Origin: Octopus sinensis
Taxonomy: Eukaryota
Reading direction: 5' to 3'
Assembly: GCF_006345805.1 (NCBI RefSeq)
Contig: NC_042999.1
Coordinates: forward strand, 71,114,001-71,178,000
DNA: 64,000 nucleotides
Shown here piece after piece: positions 39,021-53,345 of the stretch. Each line of letters starts with the position of its first letter. The stretch's first letter is position 1. A model generated the notes under the pieces. That model saw only the letters and a program-made list of their open reading frames with translations, was not told the origin of the DNA and did no database searches. The translations under genes were made by a program, and so were the position numbers.

Positions 39021-41012
39021 AAGAAATATATATTAGTGCGGCGACTAAATCGTCTATCAATGTTCTAAAACTTGAGGTATTAACTTCTAGTGTGTATACA
39101 AAGGCGTACTATCAAATAGAGGATATTCTCAGACACAAAATCTTGAATACCCAAATGAACCATGATATTCCATGCCTTTTTCTGATTACGGCAATGATTG
39201 ATAGTAATGATACATTCATCTTTATATTTAAAGTAAAGAGTGTGTAAATTAATGTGACTGTGAAAGGAAAATTCGCATCGAGGTTTCAAATTTAAGTTGA
39301 AATCTAGGTTAGTTCTTATAGAAAAAGAGATATACCTTCATTTTAAATTAATTTTTATTATAAAAAATATTTACCAAAAGGCAATCTTTATATTCAGCTT
39401 CACGTTGATATCTTGTTAGAACTGTCGCTTATGATTATCTTTTAATAAGCTTGCAGGCTATTTGCGACATCAGTGACTGAAAAGACACTTGTATATATAG
39501 TGGTAGCGAGATTTGGCTGGTGGTCACCGGAGGCTTTCCTCTAAAGAAGTGCAGTAGACTGAAATCACATGATCTGGCAGTTGCGGTGCCTATAACAGGC
39601 GCTTCTTGTCTGTTATGATATATGTCTGTGCTTTTATGGACCATGCGTCAATATGAGAGGACCGCTCAAGGCGAATTCCACAGTATTCGGCGTTCTAACA
39701 AGATATCCACATTAAGTTGCATATAAAGATTGACTTTTATTATTCTTTCAATTATCTCTATATCTATTGTTTCAGTCATACAGAATACATTTATTTTCTT
39801 CTGGTAAACATTCTCGTCTGGATTAAATTAGCTAATCAACGATCAGTATGTGATAGAAGATCTGATAATACTCTCTTGATGCTTAATACTTATCAGATCA
39901 ATTCTGTATGGTAAGTAGATGCAGCTCTTAAAAGCCTTGATCCTTTAGCTGCAATCGCTACAATATCCCATGATGTATCTCACAGATCTTCATCGTCAAT
40001 TAACGTAGTCGGAATTTCATAAAAAACAACAAACAACGGCCGGTCGACCTACTAGCACTAGCAACAAAATCTCTCAATATTTAACCTCTCGTGGTGCCTA
40101 TTTGGTCAACAAACTGCAAATCCTTGGTCGATACGACAAAAACTGAGCTGTAGCTACAATATAACAATGAAAAAGGCAATATCAATGACTATTTTTAATG
40201 GTTTGGTCAGAAGAGAACCACACGCTTATAAAGGCCTCTGTGCTAGGTTGGATAAGATTATCTTCAGAGCGGAAATAGGATCAAATACTGAAGAGAGCCA
40301 AAGGTCAGGTTGTGGTGTGAAGAAGGGCGGTGGATTTTTATCAGCTGGACCAGATCTATATACGCGTTTACATTTTCAGTAGTCATATAACATTTGTATG
40401 TTGTGATTTAGTCCCAAAGCAACTTTCATCGAACAGACAAAGACATTTCAGCTATGATTGTTCTACCTTTTTTTTATCAAACACGTATCGTGTACAGTGT
40501 TACTTTTACCCAATTTATTATTACTTTATCTTTTATTAAGACGCTAGATTCTGGCTTCAGGCAGATTTGGCTGCTACTTAATGCAGGTTGAGCGACCACT
40601 GAGAAGCTCTTTCTTTGGACTGTTTCTATTAATACAGTTCTTATTATTGATGCTGCTATTTTTTGCAGTTTCTGACATACATGAGATAATCGATGCCATA
40701 TTGGTTTCTGTTTTATAGGAAAGGTGTCTGGTTTGTTTTTGTTTGTTTTCGTTTCCCTAACATCTTTTGACATCCTAATTGCTTGACTTAGCAGATAGAG
40801 CTCTACCTAAATATCCACCATCCATCTTAACGTCACACTTATTTAGAACACAGTTTATACGGAAACTGCTCTCTCTATTTCCTGTGTAAATATATAGAAC
40901 GAAAATACGTTTTTCGTGTAGAAATACAAAAAGGAATGTTTACTATTCTGTATGAAGTCAACTAACTGTTTTATAATCAAAGACAGTAGGAGTCCACTTA
41001 AGATTTTCACTC

Positions 41013-41015
41013 TCG

Positions 41016-41050
<35 letters not shown>

Positions 41051-41051
41051 A

Positions 41052-41120
<69 letters not shown>

Positions 41121-41137
41121 TATTATTATTATTATTA

Positions 41138-41207
<70 letters not shown>

Positions 41208-41230
41208 TATTATTATTATTATTATTATTT
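41013..41230. repeat. (GTT)n-(ATT)n microsatellite
   Basis: Directly visible. Confidence 0.98.
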
Positions 41231-41455
41231 AAGGCAGCGAGCTGGTGAGACAGCACGCCGGGCAAAAAGCTTAGCGGTATTTAGTCCGCTTTTTACATTT
41301 TGCGTTCAAATTTCACCGACGTCGACTTTGCCTTTCATCCTTTCGGGGGTCGACAAATTAAGTACCAGTTGAGTTCTGGGGTCGATGTAATCGATTTACC
41401 CAACCTCCCAAAAATTTCAGGACTTGTACCTATAGTAGAAAGGATTATCATTATT
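41231..41455 (+). mobile_element. tRNA-derived SINE family A
   Basis: aaggcagcgagctgg...gcacgccgggcaaaaagcttagcggtattt...ctttcatcctttcgggggtcga. Confidence 0.88.
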
Positions 41456-41714
41456 TGTTTTTTGGAACTGGAGTCTTGTATGCGTAGCGGGCTTGTTACC
41501 TGCAGCCTACTGTACCACGCTATTCGTTCTTTTCAGCTCTTTAATACTTTCAATTATCACATCGACAACGAACGGAGGTGGTCGGACTGAAGTTTTAACA
41601 TTAGTGTTTAAAACTGAATTTAAAGCGAAATCTTGGTCTTGGTTTTCCGGATTTGTTTTTATCGTTCTCACCGAATGTTTTTGTGAAGATGAAACTCTGC
41701 GTTCATTGTTCTTT

Positions 41715-42035
41715 GTGCGACAAACTCTGGCAAGATGTCCTGTTGTATTTCATAAATGACAAACGGTTTCCAAAGGTGAATTATCCAAACCCCAAAGAAT
41801 TCCTCTCAACACATGGCTATGATACACCACCACTACTTCTGCTTGTGATAAGAGGTGCATATATCGTCATCCACTAAGGGACATGCTCAAATGTTTAACG
41901 TCAAACAACTGGCAAGTAAATTTGTGGTATTGTCGCCCATCTTTTATATGAAGAAAAAATCAATATACATGATAACACTTCCAATCAGTTAAGACTAGAA
42001 GCCATGAGAGCCATTGCCTGGTACTGTATCAAGAC
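41715..42035 (-). repeat. Non-coding interspersed repeat family D, partial copy
   Basis: Aligns by eye with 43230-43510 (gtgaattatcca.accccaaag.attcctctcaacacatggctatgata...agaagcca.gagagcca.tgcctgg). Confidence 0.88.
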
Positions 42036-42039
42036 AATC

Positions 42040-42895
42040 ATCATCCTCATCATCATCATCATCATCATCATCATTATTTTGCTTGACTTTTGCTTTGCAT
42101 TTGTACAAGTTGGCTCCAAGTATCATTGAGAGACCTCAAGAGACAAGTTAGAAGTTCATGTTGGTGTTATGCCTAAAGTGCCATATATTTGGTGGGCAGT
42201 TTCCATGAGCACTATCTTTTGAATTTCTGCCATTTTGGGATTTTCTGGTATCTGAGCTAGGTAGCAATCAGTCCCTTTTACTATCATTCCCAGGGTACCT
42301 ATGACAACAGGTATTGTTTTAGTCATCAGGTTCCACATTTTGCTAATTTCTATTTCAAGATCTTTATATTTGCTCAGTTTTTGGTAGGTCTTGACAGATA
42401 CATTTATATCGATTGGGACAGTCATATCAATTAGTAGGTATGAGTTTTGTCTGAAGTCTTTTACTATGATGTCTGACCTATTCGCGTCTATCTTTCTGTC
42501 AGTTTGAATGATGAAGTTCCAGAGGAGTGAGTTGTGATAATTTTCAAGCACTGGAGGTGGATTGTGTTCCCACCAGTTTTTATCATGGTGCAAGTCCAGG
42601 CTTTTGCAAATTACCCAGTAAATATGTTGTGAAGCTCTATCATGCCTGTTGAGATACTCTGTAGGCGAAAGAAGACTGCACATGGAGACAACATGATCAA
42701 TGGTTTCATTTTGTTGTTGACATACATGACATGTTGGGAAGCTGCCGTTCTTTAATATGTTGGCCTGGTAGTTCCTTCTAGGTAGGCATTGATCTTGGGC
42801 TGCTCTGATAAACCCATCTGTTTCAGATTTTAAGCTAGAAGCCATTAGCCATTAGCCATTGATGGGTAAGGGCTTTGTCAACATCGGCATTATTC
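42040..42895 (-). mobile_element. R4/Dong-type LINE 3' end: CCHC finger, RLE domain, short 3' UTR and (TGA)n tail
   Basis: LKSETDGFIRAAQDQCL, CHVCQQQNETIDHVVSMC, RHD, LLWNFIIQTDRKIDANRSD, KLSKYKDLEIEI and PVVIGTLG in the 229-aa ORF. The tail is the (TCA)n run at 42040-42075. Confidence 0.95.
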
Positions 42896-42906
42896 GCTCT
42901 CTTTGG

Positions 42907-42908
<2 letters not shown>

Positions 42909-42973
<65 letters not shown>

Positions 42974-43510
42974 GAGTGAGAGAGAAGTGCATGCCATCAA
43001 AGTGATACTGGGGTAAAATATACGATGCCCAGTTTACCCGTCATGACTAACTGTCTGGTAAGGGTACACCAGGCACATGCATCACAACCATATGTGCGCG
43101 ACATGGTGTTCTCATATCAAGATAAACAGCGCATGACCTTGCTCAGTTAGAATTTTCTTCAGGCCGAGTAACCCATCTCGCTCAAAAGGTCCCTGAATAA
43201 GGTTTGTTTAAAGATGTAGAACGAAACACCCATACTTCCAAGGGTGAATTATCCAGACCCCAAAGCATTCCTCTCAACACATGGCTATGATACTCCCCCA
43301 CTACTTCTGCTCGTGATCGGAGATGTACATATCAGCCACTAAATGACATGCTCAACTGGTTAAGGTCAAGCAACTGACAAGCAAATCTGTGATATTGAGC
43401 AGAATATTTGATGTAGCTCATCTTTTATACCAAGACAAAAACTATGTACATGACACTTCCAATCTGTTAAGATCAGAAGCCACGAGAGCCACTGCCTGGC
43501 ACTGCATCAG
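42909..43510 (-). mobile_element. Repeat family D with (TAA)n tail; probable LINE 3' UTR-derived or LINE-dependent non-autonomous retroelement
   Basis: The second copy is at 41715-42035. It ends in an (ATT)n tract at 42909-42973, the tail type seen on R4/Dong elements. Confidence 0.7.
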
Positions 43511-43513
43511 AAA

Positions 43514-43790
43514 AGCAGAAATCTAATCTACTGAATCAAATGCCCGAATTGTGACGATATTTATGGGACAAACAGGAAACTCATTGCCGGACGGCATGCA
43601 AGTACACCGACAACAAATTAGGGATCCTCATATTAGTGAGATCCCATTAAGTAATCACTTAGAACATGCGGCAAGAAAATGTTTTCAATATACTCATTTT
43701 AAAAACTTTACAATTGAAGTTGAGTAGAATAGAACAGAAAATAATTTTATTGAGAAACTCAAACCCGTTATGAATGGACGTTCTGAATAT
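43514..43790 (+). pseudogene. Penelope-like (Neptune-type) GIY-YIG endonuclease fragment
   Basis: SRNLIY*IKCPNCDDIY / GQTGNSL...VHRQQIRDPH...PLSNHLE ... FIEKLKPVMN, with stops and frameshifts. Homologous to 24156-24530. Confidence 0.85.
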
Positions 43791-45921
43791 GAAGAAGAAT
43801 GATAATATCAATATTTATTTAAATTTAATTCTACTCAAAGACTGTAGTGATATTGACAACATTATTAATTTCAATTTGTATTTCATTTCATTTAAAAATA
43901 TTTAAGGCGAGACTACGATTTGTAGCATTAGATAATTCTCAACATTTGACTGTTATCGAACTCTCTAATGGTGTCTTTGTTTAATTATAACGTTTCTATG
44001 AAAAGTGCTGTCAATGTCAAAACTGTTTCTGCGCTCATCAAAATGTGACGCCTAAGCCGTATGCTGATTGGTTATAATGGTGTTCGTAAGCTTCAGCTTG
44101 TTGGAGTCTATCGGCAGGTACCTAATGGAAAAATTCAGTCAAACCACTTTTGCTCTCAAATAAGCATAGCTTATTGTTAATGCTGCTAATACATAAACAT
44201 TTACTTGAAGATTGTTATAAAATATGAAAGTAATCGAAATATTGAAAGATGTAATATTATAAAAATGAAAAAATACAAACATATAATGCAAAAATGGGAC
44301 TACTTGGAATTTGATTAACTTCAGTTGGCAGAAACTGAGGTCACCACCGATGTATTTCAATTTCGCGCCTAATTTGAATGTATATTGAGTGATTTCTTTC
44401 CATTTTCTTCCTAGTTTTCTTAATTACTATAATTCTTTTTAATGCTTTTTCAATTATCTACTCATGAATATATTTAATATGATAATTATTCATGTGATTA
44501 ACAACGTGACATTTAACCTATAACATTTAAATAATTTCAAACTTGGATACTATTCTCTATAATAGACTCAGCTTTTACCAATTAGAATATTCTAGACCTA
44601 TAGTCTCTGTACATACATACATACATACATACATACATACATACATACATACATACATCATACATACATACATACATACATACATACATGCATAATACAT
44701 ACATACACACACACACACACATATATATATACATAAATACATACATATGCACATACACGCATACAAGTGATGTGAGGGTGTCTGTTTAGATGACATAATG
44801 GAATAAAAAACGCGAATGAAGGAAATCATGTTTCTATTTCTTCATTAAGACGTTCCAAGAGAAGCAAAAAAGTTTCTTAAGGAAATGAGATATTAGGAAA
44901 GAAAACTAATGTTCTTTAGCCATGTACAATTAGATACACACACACACTTACATGCGCTCACACATGTATGGGAATATATGTGTGTAAGTATGTATGAGTG
45001 ATGTATGTATGTATATGTGCACGCGAGCGTATTTGTCCGTTCGTATGTAAATACAAAATCATAAGAAATAAACTCATGGTGACATCCATAGCCATCTCTG
45101 AACTCTGACAAGTCAAAAACAACTTTAATCATTAACAGAAATAGCGTAAGATAATACTGCCGCGAGCAGATTATAGTTTGATTTTAATCCAGTTGAATTT
45201 TTACCAGTCTGAAGGGAAATTACTAAGATGAAATTCATTTCAATTTTACCGAACGTGTCAGTTTAGTGGCCTGAAGAATGAGTAACTAAATATCTTTTGA
45301 CTCTTCATTCTTTAGCCTCAATAACCATATTTATGCCGTCGGCACACTAGTTTGATCTTAATATTACTTTAAAATACACAGATTTGATAGTTTTCATTCA
45401 GTGACTGTATAACTTTTTTGTTGATAAACTGAGGTATATTGCATTCTTTTAACTAATGACGGAGAAATATAATAATAAAATAGGCAACATTGAGTTTATT
45501 GAAAGTATATGACATTGAATTAGTAAGATTAACAAAAAATGTTTATGTAGATGCGTGTTTGAATTGTTCATAAGACTGAGCTAATGAAATATGAGTACGA
45601 AAATGTGACTGAAGATGACAGAAAGATACTTTTGCTTATGGTATATTCATAATCTGGAAATTTAATGTTCATCCGAGGTTTATGTTGCAAATTATTGCTA
45701 ACATCACGTAATAAAAGCAATATTTACTACGTACATGCATACATATATACATACATACATAGATACATACACACATACATAGACATATACACACATACAT
45801 ACATGCATACATGCATATATATATATATATATTATATATATATATATAATACCTACAAGCATACATACATATATGTATGTATAATATATGTATATATATA
45901 TACATAGAGATATATACATAC

Positions 45922-45990
<69 letters not shown>

Positions 45991-46198
45991 TATATATATA
46001 TAATATATATATATATATAATATATATATACATGTATGTATATATGCATATGTGTTTAAATAATAAGAATTTAGAAACTTCGAGACACGAAATATATAAT
46101 TTTTAACTGTTAGAGTTAGGAAAGTCTATGACAGCGTGTGATCATTAACACGCTACAATTCAGATTTATTTACTCTGAGTTTTATTAAACGATTTATT

Positions 46199-46250
<52 letters not shown>

Positions 46251-46343
46251 CACACACACACATACGCACACGTACACACAAACATGTATATGCATATATA
46301 CACAAATATACATATATGTATATGTGAGTATACACACACACAA

Positions 46344-46377
<34 letters not shown>

Positions 46378-46392
46378 CTATATATATATATA

Positions 46393-46905
46393 TCTATATA
46401 TATAAAACTGTAGTTGTGTGAGTGTCTGTCTCCTACGATTTAGATTCCTAACTCCTCCCACATTTTGCGGTGCAGTTTAACCAAATTCGGGTATCTTATA
46501 GTCGTGATTAATATCGAGCCCGTCTGAGTATTAGCGCGCGTCTACGATGAGTCAACGATTTAAAAAATAATTTAACATCATTTTTTATTCCATTTTAATG
46601 CATAATTTTTCGTGTGTCGATGGCGGCGGAGTTGGCGTCCATGGTCACACCTGCACCTGTTTGCTTCTCCCCCTTCTTCCCTCCCTCGTGAAGCTGTGGG
46701 GAAGGGAGTTTAAGGAAATCAACGTCGTAATGCGTTGTCAAGTAGACCAGCGTTCTTTTAGAACAACGACTTCATGGCTTGAAGACACCAAAACAGAAAT
46801 GGCTAAGAAAGCCCGAATTGGCATCTATAAAGGTAGTAACTCTCTAAAAATGCTTATATAGTTATTTCCCTTACAAACCCGAGCAACACCGGGCGATACT
46901 GCTAG
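46393..46905 (+). mobile_element. Non-autonomous Helitron
   Basis: 5' TCTATATATATAAAA. The 3' about 65 bp are nearly identical to 30690-30756, including hairpin cccgagcaacaccggg and CTAG|t. Confidence 0.85.
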
Positions 46906-46934
46906 TATATATATATACAAAAAGTATGTTATAA

Positions 46935-47525
46935 TTACACACATAATTATGACAAGGGATCGGCTTTACGCCTCGTCACGCACTGTAGTAATAGATGCTA
47001 AAGCCCCCCCGTCACCACCTAAACATCTCCGAGAATAACACTATATTGTAGGCGAGAAAAATAAAAATAATACTGCAATAAGATTCGGTTAACTATGTAC
47101 AGGGTCGTGTTTCACGCTTAAAGTAAAAATATTTTACTTACTGCTCTCATAGGCGACAGATTTCCATACCATAGATTTACAGGTATCTCAAAATATGCAT
47201 CCGATCAGCGGCATTGCATAACCAATATGCATCCACACTCGTGAAAATATACTGCCAAGTAGAATCCACATCTTTCTTTTATAACCCTGGACTTATTCTT
47301 GGTAAGCTTGGTGCTTATTCTAAGGATATCTTCTGCCGAATCGCTAAGTTACGGGGACGTAGACACACCAACAACGGTTTCTAAGCGATGGTGGTGGTGT
47401 TGGTGTTGGTGGGAGCGGAAAAATAGACACACAATTGCACACACATAAAATTTACCTATGAGGCTTTTGTTTCCGCATTGACCGACCACCTGGTAAATTT
47501 ATTATCGATTTTACCATTTTATTAT
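46935..47525. mobile_element. Second locus of the 29554-30395 hammerhead-like repeat family, interrupted by a SINE C fragment (47285-47432)
   Basis: 46944-47270 aligns with 29575-29875, and 47447-47525 aligns with 30065-30136. Confidence 0.85.
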
Positions 47526-47746
47526 AATGTGTGTGTATATATATATATATAAAAATATCTTCAAAAGAAAAATATAAGTCTTTGTGTAGCCTTAGTGGTG
47601 TTAGAAAATGGTTAACATAGCTGTATTAAGATACAGTGATAGAGTTTTGACAATAAGAAAATGTTAAAAGGGCTTTGTGTTTAAACTGTTTAAACACAAA
47701 GCCCTCCTCTCTCTTTCTTTCTCTCTCTCTCTCTCTCTCTTTATAT

Positions 47747-47810
<64 letters not shown>

Positions 47811-47893
47811 GTATGTATGTATATATATTATATATGGATTATATATATGCGTGTATATATATATATATATACGCATATATATATATCTATATA

Positions 47894-48143
47894 TCTCTTT
47901 TACTCTTTTACTTGTTTCAGTCATTTGACTGCGGCCATGCTGGAGCACCGCCTTTAATCGAGCAACTCGACCCCGGGACTTATTCTTTTGTAAGTCCAGT
48001 ACTATTCTATCGGTCTCTTTTCCCGAACCGCTAAGTAACGGGGACATAACACACCAGCATCGGTTGTCAAGCAATGCTAGGGGACAAACACAGACACACA
48101 AACACACACACGCATATATATATATTATATATATATATATATA

Positions 48144-48180
<37 letters not shown>

Positions 48181-48309
48181 GACGGGCTTCTTTCAGTTTC
48201 CGTCTACCAAATCCACTCACAAGGCTTTGGTCGGCCCGAGGCTATAGTAGAAGACACTTGCCCAGGGTGCCACGCAGTGGGACTGAACCCGGAACCATGT
48301 GGTTGGTAG
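47894..48309 (-). mobile_element. tRNA-derived SINE family C with internal (TA)n
   Basis: The reverse complement has B-box-like ggttccgggttcagtccca, body gggcaagtgtcttctactatagcc and tail gactgaaacaagtaaaagagtaaaagag. Confidence 0.9.
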
Positions 48310-48360
48310 ACTTTTATATATATATATATATCCATATATTCATACATACATAAATACACA

Positions 48361-48416
<56 letters not shown>

Positions 48417-48586
48417 AAGAGAGAGAGAAAGAGAGAAAGAAAGAGAAAGGGGGGGCTTTGTGTTTAAACAGTTTAAACACAAAGCCCTTTTAACATTTTC
48501 TTATTGTCAAAACTCTATCACTGTATTTTAATACAGCTATGTTAACCATTTTCTAACACCACTAAGGCTACACAAAGACATATTTT

Positions 48587-48626
48587 CTTTTGAAGATCTT
48601 TTTGTAAAAAAGTGAAACATGTCAAG
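48587..48626 (+). ncRNA. Minimal type I hammerhead motif with C3-to-U change at the foldback outer end
   Basis: ctt-TTGAAGA-tcttttt gt aaaaaagt-GAAA-catg-TC-aag. Helix I is ctt/aag and helix III is the palindrome A-CATG-T. Confidence 0.65.
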
Positions 48627-48676
48627 TCAATAAGCATCTTTAAAAGACCTCTGCATTTTCAAATACCCTTCCCTAA

Positions 48677-48711
<35 letters not shown>

Positions 48712-48851
48712 ATATATATATTATATATGTGTGTGTGTGTGTGGTGTGTGTTTGTGTGTGTGTATGCGTGTGTGTGTATGTATGCGTGTGTGTGTATATG
48801 TGTGTGAGTGTGTGTGTTTGTGTGTGTGTGTGTATATTACTCTTAGTCTGT

Positions 48852-49239
48852 TATTAGTTTCAGTCATTTGAGTATGGCTATGCTTGTGTACTGCTTTTAT
48901 TTGAAGAAATCGACCCTTGGACTTATTCTTTGTAAGCCTGGTGCTTCTTCTATCGATATAGTCAGCCGAACCGCTGAGTTACGGGGATGTAGACACACCA
49001 ACTTCGGTTTCTAAGTGATGGTGATGGGGACAGACAGACAGACAGACACACACACACACTCACACACACATATATAGAACAGACTTCCTTCAGTTTCCGT
49101 CAACCAATTCCACTGAAATGCTTCTGGTCGGCCGAAGGCTATAGTAGAAGACGCTTGACCAAGCTATTACGATGTGGGACTGAACCCGGAACCATGTGGT
49201 TTGGAAACATGCTTCTTAGCACACAGCCACGCCCGCGCC

Positions 49240-49240
<1 letters not shown>
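48852..49240 (-). mobile_element. tRNA-derived SINE family C, full-length head
   Basis: Head gcgtggctgtgtgctaagaagc...accacatggttccgggttcagtccca. The body matches 47894-48309. Confidence 0.9.
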
Positions 49241-49308
<68 letters not shown>

Positions 49309-49373
49309 ACACACACACATATATATATATGTATATACATTCATACACGCACACACACACACTTATATATATA

Positions 49374-50089
49374 GGAAAATGTGTTGTCGAAAATGCACCT
49401 AAATTTCAAAAACTCGTAATGAAATTTTACAAACACTAGTTGCTGACGTCACCTAATTCCAGACCAAGAAAAACCGAACTTCAGCAAATACAACGAAATG
49501 ACCCTTTAAGAGAACCAACCAACCAAACGACTTATGACCATCTCCACAGCGAAACCAACAAAGCAGAGCGACAAGCCTCTTGACCACCGCAAAAAAAAAA
49601 AACAAAAAAAAAACGTCACGAGTATTTTAACGAATCAGAAATCAGATTCGCTCGGGGAAAAAATTATGAATACATCTGATCCAAAAACATACCACTACAA
49701 GCGAAAGCATCTCCCTTGTTTTTTTTTTTCCAGTATGGGTTGTCGTCCTCCGTTAATATTAATGAACGTTGTACATTCAAACAAATTGGTATACAGCTTT
49801 AGCATTATTGACTGCTATGAATATTCAAACTTACACCTGTCCTCTTAATTCATAATGCTAAATTTACCTATTTTGAACACGTTCATTTATCAACATTGAA
49901 ACATTTTAACTTGTCATCATTGAAACTTCTAAAGATGTTTTTTTAATTCATAACTTTAAACTTACACAATTGATAACGAAAGTTGTTTTTCTAATATTGT
50001 TGAAACTAGTTTGGTATATATGTAAATAAATGTATTTTAAACGTTTACGAGTTTTTAAATTTAGGTGAATTTTCAACAACACATTTTCC
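49374..50089. mobile_element. MITE, Tc1/mariner-type (about 46-bp TIRs, TA duplication)
   Basis: TA|ggaaaatgtgttgtcgaaaatgcacctaaattt...ctcgtaa and ttacgag...aaatttaggtgaattttcaacaacacattttcc|TA. No ORF inside. Confidence 0.88.
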
Positions 50090-50094
50090 TAGAT

Positions 50095-51123
50095 TTTTTC
50101 CTGAGTGGAAACCACCTTCTTTTGTTGTGTATATAATTCAGAAACTCTTTTTGGCATTGAACTGATGAGCTTTGTGATTGTCTCTAGTGGAATTTCTACC
50201 CACTTTCACGCAACAATCAAAACAATTCATCTTTAGATTTAGGTTTCTGTCGATGTTTTTGTTCGGCTCTATCTAGCATGTTCCAAAGATTTTCAATTGG
50301 GTTTATGCCAGGAGATTGCCTCGGCCAAGCAATCTTTTTGATCCCATTTTCAGTCAGCTATTGTTGATTCCTTTCGGTGTGTGGCATGGAGCCCCATCTT
50401 CCGTAACTAAAAACTCATTTTTCGTTATGTTATCGTGTGAATACATCTGAAGCAGTCTTTGCTTAAGTATTTCGATGTATTTTTCAGAATTTATGGTTCC
50501 AACACATTCAATCAGCTCAGAACAACCATTGTTGGTGACGGCTCCCCATACCATTACAGAGATACCGCCATGTTTCACAGTTGGTTGGTGTCATTTCAAA
50601 TCAAATTCTTGATTGGGCAGTGTCCAGAACTCAAACACGTCCACTGTCTGAAAATAATGCAAATCTGGATTCATCTGAGAAAATCACTCTATCCCAAAAG
50701 GAACTGGATTTTTCTGACATCTCCTTAGCCCATGTCTTTCTTTTCATGATATTAATTGGTTGAAGGAGAGTTTTTCTTCTAGCTGCTCGCCCATAATACC
50801 CAAGCTTATCAGATATGTAGCAAACGTTCTTGGACTAACTTCTAGCTGTTTTGCAATGTCAGAAGCCTTCGAACGTGGTTCGTTTTCCACAATTCTCTTC
50901 AAATAGCGAAGCTTCCTTTCCGAGGGCCCAGGTCGGCCGGAAGGAGAATCTGTTGATTCTTTTCCTTGGCTTTTGAATTGCACTATAATTCTATTAACAG
51001 TAGCAAGAGGAATTTGTAGATTTTCGGCAATTTTTCGCTGGCTAAGACCAGCCTCAGATTGCCCAGTAATACGATCGCTTTGAAAATCTGACAGTTCTGC
51101 CAAATTTTTTTTGTGCGTGGCAT
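50095..51123 (-). pseudogene. Tc1-family transposase, frameshifted
   Basis: MPRTKK/AELSDFQ...[11 protein letters not shown]...SGRP (paired-like HTH), FSDESRF, KHGGISVMVWG, EDGAPCH and WPRQSPGINPIENLW (DDE motifs). Confidence 0.93.
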
Positions 51124-51309
51124 GGTTATTCTTCGCAAATGTTTAATATAATGGCACCTGGAATGAAAAAGAATAATTTCATTTTTAAATTCTACATCGC
51201 TGAAAACATATGACGCTTAGATAAGAAATTTTGAAAATTAAAGGTATCTATTTACTTCCTGTATGTCTGTGTATTTATTTCTACATACACATACTTAGAC
51301 ACCCACATA

Positions 51310-51418
<109 letters not shown>

Positions 51419-51792
51419 TTGTGTGTATACAGATATATATTCACTCACATAGAGATCATATGTAGTTCATTTGAAATTTATATTTCACTTCGTTGTTGTT
51501 ATTCCCCAAACTGCGGATTAGTCAAACGAAGCAAAAAGAATACTTACTTTGCTTCTTGAATGCATATTTATCGTTTTTGTTTCTTATGCACTCTGATGTT
51601 TTGTTTTAATTTTCCCTATAAGTTCGTATTTGCAATTATTGTCAGTATACAACTTCAAACATCTCTTCATTTTAATAACTATTTTGATAGAAGTGCCTCT
51701 ACAAGTTATATGGTTAATTTTTCATTTATTTTACTTTTCTTCACAATTACTTTAGTTCTAGAGCAAACATTTGTGTTTCATATATTAACACA

Positions 51793-51842
<50 letters not shown>

Positions 51843-52138
51843 CGTGCACGCATAATGCATTTTTTAAATCTATAATTTTTTAACATCACATTGTGTATGT
51901 CTTTTTGAATTACAATATCTTCTCTATTGTACTTGTCACGTTAAATCATATAGAACATTAAATCCAACTTATTACTAACCCAGCTTAATCTATATAATAT
52001 TTGTATATAGTCAGAGAGAAATATTGTGAATTTCGAAGAAATATAGAAAAAAAATACTACATGTCACTGAGGAATATAATTCTATTATATGCAATTGCAT
52101 TAACTCTCAAATCTATAAGATTATCTGTCTGTAAAAAA

Positions 52139-53128
<990 letters not shown>

Positions 53129-53345
53129 ATCTATCTATCTATCTATCGATCGATCTATCTATCTATCTACTAAAGAGCTAAAGGTATGCCTGCTTATTTG
53201 TGAATCCTATCTACATACGCACACACATAGACAAGTAGATTTGGCGATCTGAAAGTTGAGTTATTTCTTGTAGCAGATTATACTTTTTAATTATTGTTTA
53301 CCGAAAGCCACCTTCGGACGCAGATTTCGAAAATCAAATGGGAAT

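Larger units (their letters stand above)
47551..48626. mobile_element. Foldback element (arms about 47551-47741 and 48416-48603) around (TA)n/(CA)n, with a SINE inserted in the centre
   Basis: Arms of about 190 bp are near-perfect reverse complements. Each holds a 17-1-17 palindrome (47670-47704 and 48453-48487). Confidence 0.92.

Noticed and set aside
45268-45318. CTGAAGA followed by a hairpin as a hammerhead
   Set aside because: No GAAA or NUH follows the stem.
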